DNA from: Dictyostelium discoideum
Taxonomy: Eukaryota
DNA length: 64,000 nucleotides
Direction: 5' to 3'
Assembly (NCBI GenBank): GCA_000004695.1
Contig: CM000154.2
Location: 1,888,001-1,952,000, forward strand
In this document: positions 62,277 to 64,000 of the stretch, piece by piece
Position numbering within the stretch: position 1 is the first letter of the stretch
Layout: the number at the start of each line of letters is the position of its first letter
Program-made: the position numbers and the translations under genes
The notes under the pieces: model-generated
Seen by the model: only the letters and a program-made list of their open reading frames with translations
What the model was told of the DNA's origin: nothing
Databases searched by the model: none

Positions 62277-63758
62277 ATGCAAGAATTACTTTATCAAAAT
62301 TTAAATGATAAAAATGAATTAAAAGTTGAATCACCAAATTTAAATAGTTTTAATAATAGTAATAATAATAATAATAATTATAATAATAATAATAATAAAA
62401 TTTTAAAAATTTTAAAAATAATTTATTATAAATTAAAATATTATTTTAAAAGTTTTAAAATATTTTTAAAAAATAATTTAAAATTAATTTTAAAAAGAAT
62501 TTTTGGTCAATTATGTTTTTTAGCATTAATTTTTGGAATTATTACACCAATTTCAATTTATATTTATAATAATTCACCAAGTAAATATCTTAGTAGTGAA
62601 TTATTATTTTCACCAGAGAATTCAACTTATTCACCAATTTTACAAAATATTTCAATTTATGATCAACAATATTTTCCAAATCAATGGGATGATGTAAATG
62701 TTTTATTGGATACTCATTCACATACTTATTATTCAGACGGTTCATTATCACCAGAAGAGAATATAAAATGGCATATTTTAAATGGATATAATGTTATGTT
62801 TATGACTGATCATAATCAAGTCTATGGTGGATTAGTTGGTATGAAAATTGCACAAGAGAAATATTCCGATAAAATATTAGTTATACCAGGTATTGAGTGG
62901 ACAAATTGTAGATGTCATTTAAATTTAATTGGTATAACAGAGAATGTACCTTTAATAAAGTATCCAACAGATGAAGAAATTAAAAATTTAATTGATTTAG
63001 TTCATTCAAAAGGTGGTCTAGTTATATTGAATCATTATCCATGGAGTAGTTGGTCAGGTTTAGATCAACCTTCAATTCAACAATGGTATGATTGGGGTAT
63101 TGATTTTTTGGAAGTTGCAAATCAATATACATTTGATTATCAAGGTATGATATTTTGTAAAAATCATAATCTTCGTTATGTTAGTGGTTCAGATTTTCAT
63201 TATTATCAAAGAGCATATGCTTGGACAGTTTTTAATATACCTGAATTAGGTAACACTGGTAAAATACCAACTCAAGAAATGGTAATGTCAACCCTCTTAA
63301 ATACTTCAACTAAAACTTCATTTGCTTTTGATCCAGTTGCAAGTAATACAATTATGGTTGAATTTCAATTTACAAAATTTAATCCAACTTGGATTTTCCT
63401 TTCACCTTGGATTTATTTGGGTGGTTTCTTTCATAGTTTTTTCGAATTAAAAAAAGGAATGTATAGTTTTGTTGATGGTAGTTGTACTGGTCAAACTCTA
63501 GATATTCATTCAAAAGAAATTTCTTGTTTAATTTTTTGGATTTTTTTAATTTTCTTTTTAATTCATTTTTTAAATATTTTAATTTTAATTTTAAAAAATT
63601 TTTTATTAAATTTATTTAAAAAAATTAAAAATTTTTTAAAATTAAATAATAAAATTAAAACACCAAAATTTAAAAGTAAAAATTTTAATTTAGATAATAG
63701 TGAAGAATTAGTATCAACAAATGAAATAAATAATTTTAAAATAAGTGAAGATTTTTAA
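62277..63758 (+). CDS. Membrane-anchored PHP-domain (polymerase/histidinol-phosphatase-like) metal-dependent phosphoesterase, 493 aa
   Basis: PHP motifs in order: LLDTHSHTYYSDG (motif I), MFMTDHN (II), IPGIEWT (III), VILNHYPW (IV), VSGSDFHYY (V). N-terminal TM LCFLALIFGIITPISIYIY and C-terminal hydrophobic tail CLIFWIFLIFFLIHFLNILILIL. Confidence 0.7.
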   Translation: MQELLYQNLNDKNELKVESPNLNSFNNSNNNNNNYNNNNNKILKILKIIYYKLKYYFKSFKIFLKNNLKLILKRIFGQLCFLALIFGIITPISIYIYNNSPSKYLSSELLFSPENSTYSPILQNISIYDQQYFPNQWDDVNVLLDTHSHTYYSDGSLSPEENIKWHILNGYNVMFMTDHNQVYGGLVGMKIAQEKYSDKILVIPGIEWTNCRCHLNLIGITENVPLIKYPTDEEIKNLIDLVHSKGGLVILNHYPWSSWSGLDQPSIQQWYDWGIDFLEVANQYTFDYQGMIFCKNHNLRYVSGSDFHYYQRAYAWTVFNIPELGNTGKIPTQEMVMSTLLNTSTKTSFAFDPVASNTIMVEFQFTKFNPTWIFLSPWIYLGGFFHSFFELKKGMYSFVDGSCTGQTLDIHSKEISCLIFWIFLIFFLIHFLNILILILKNFLLNLFKKIKNFLKLNNKIKTPKFKSKNFNLDNSEELVSTNEINNFKISEDF

Positions 63759-64000
63759 AAATAAATAAAAAAAAATTTTAAAAAATAAAAAATAAAAAAA
63801 AATTTTAAAAAAATATATTTATATAATTTAAAAATAATTAAATAATTTAATAAATAATTTTTTTTTATTTTTATTTTTTTTTTTTTTTTCTTTTTTTTTT
63901 TTTAATTTAAAATTGTTTTTTTTAATTTAAAATTGATCTACAAGATGGACAACATAAATCTGGATCTTGATAAATTTCTTCACCTGGGAAACAATTAAGT

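Overview
The window is about 78% A+T with long homopolymer A/T intergenic tracts. Coding regions carry poly-Asn/Gln/Ser tracts as AAT/CAA repeats, and introns are short and AT-rich with GTAAGT/GTATGT donors and AG acceptors. This is typical of a dictyostelid (Dictyostelium discoideum-like) nuclear chromosome. The 464-aa adenylyl cyclase-associated protein at 58096-59490 matches Dictyostelium CAP in length and sequence as I recall it. No prokaryotic features such as CRISPR arrays or operons are present.

There are five 100-nt N gaps. Several flanking stretches are low-quality read ends showing homopolymer stutter of all four bases.

Genes I can support, in order:
- a partial medium-chain dehydrogenase N-terminus on the minus strand (1-100)
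- a PX-PH-GRAM-myotubularin phosphatase
- a putative GPI-anchored surface protein
- a GC-richer frameshifted ORF pair
- peroxisomal-type acyl-CoA oxidase
- an Asn-rich protein with two unknown globular islands
- a 5-exon NDR-family kinase (minus)
- a DMAP1/SWC4 SANT protein
- a COQ8/ADCK3-type ABC1 kinase (minus)
- a Gln/His-rich protein with two copies of a CX2CX14CX2C zinc ribbon
- NMNAT (minus, 3 exons, interrupted by a gap)
- a Ser-rich membrane protein (probably 3 exons)
- TMEM14 (minus, 2 exons)
- a bZIP-like factor
- mitochondrial processing peptidase beta (minus)
- CAP
- a membrane-anchored PHP-domain phosphoesterase

The most unusual non-genic structure is a repeat-rich block at about 47.2-54.1 kb. 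It contains:
- two diverged paralogous segments carrying multi-frame degenerate ORFs, one partly inverted
- an inverted repeat flanking an assembly gap
- a near-identical 420-bp duplicate of the 3' end of the MPP-beta gene lying 4 kb from the intact gene and ending at a CAAA-repeat palindrome
- two related hairpin elements

Other notable structures:
- a 0.9-kb non-coding segment duplicated with 1.7-kb spacing at 9.6-12.4 kb, with a perfect 76-bp palindrome in one copy
- a hairpin-bearing 114-bp tandem repeat
- two gene deserts, each interrupted by an assembly gap (two and one respectively)
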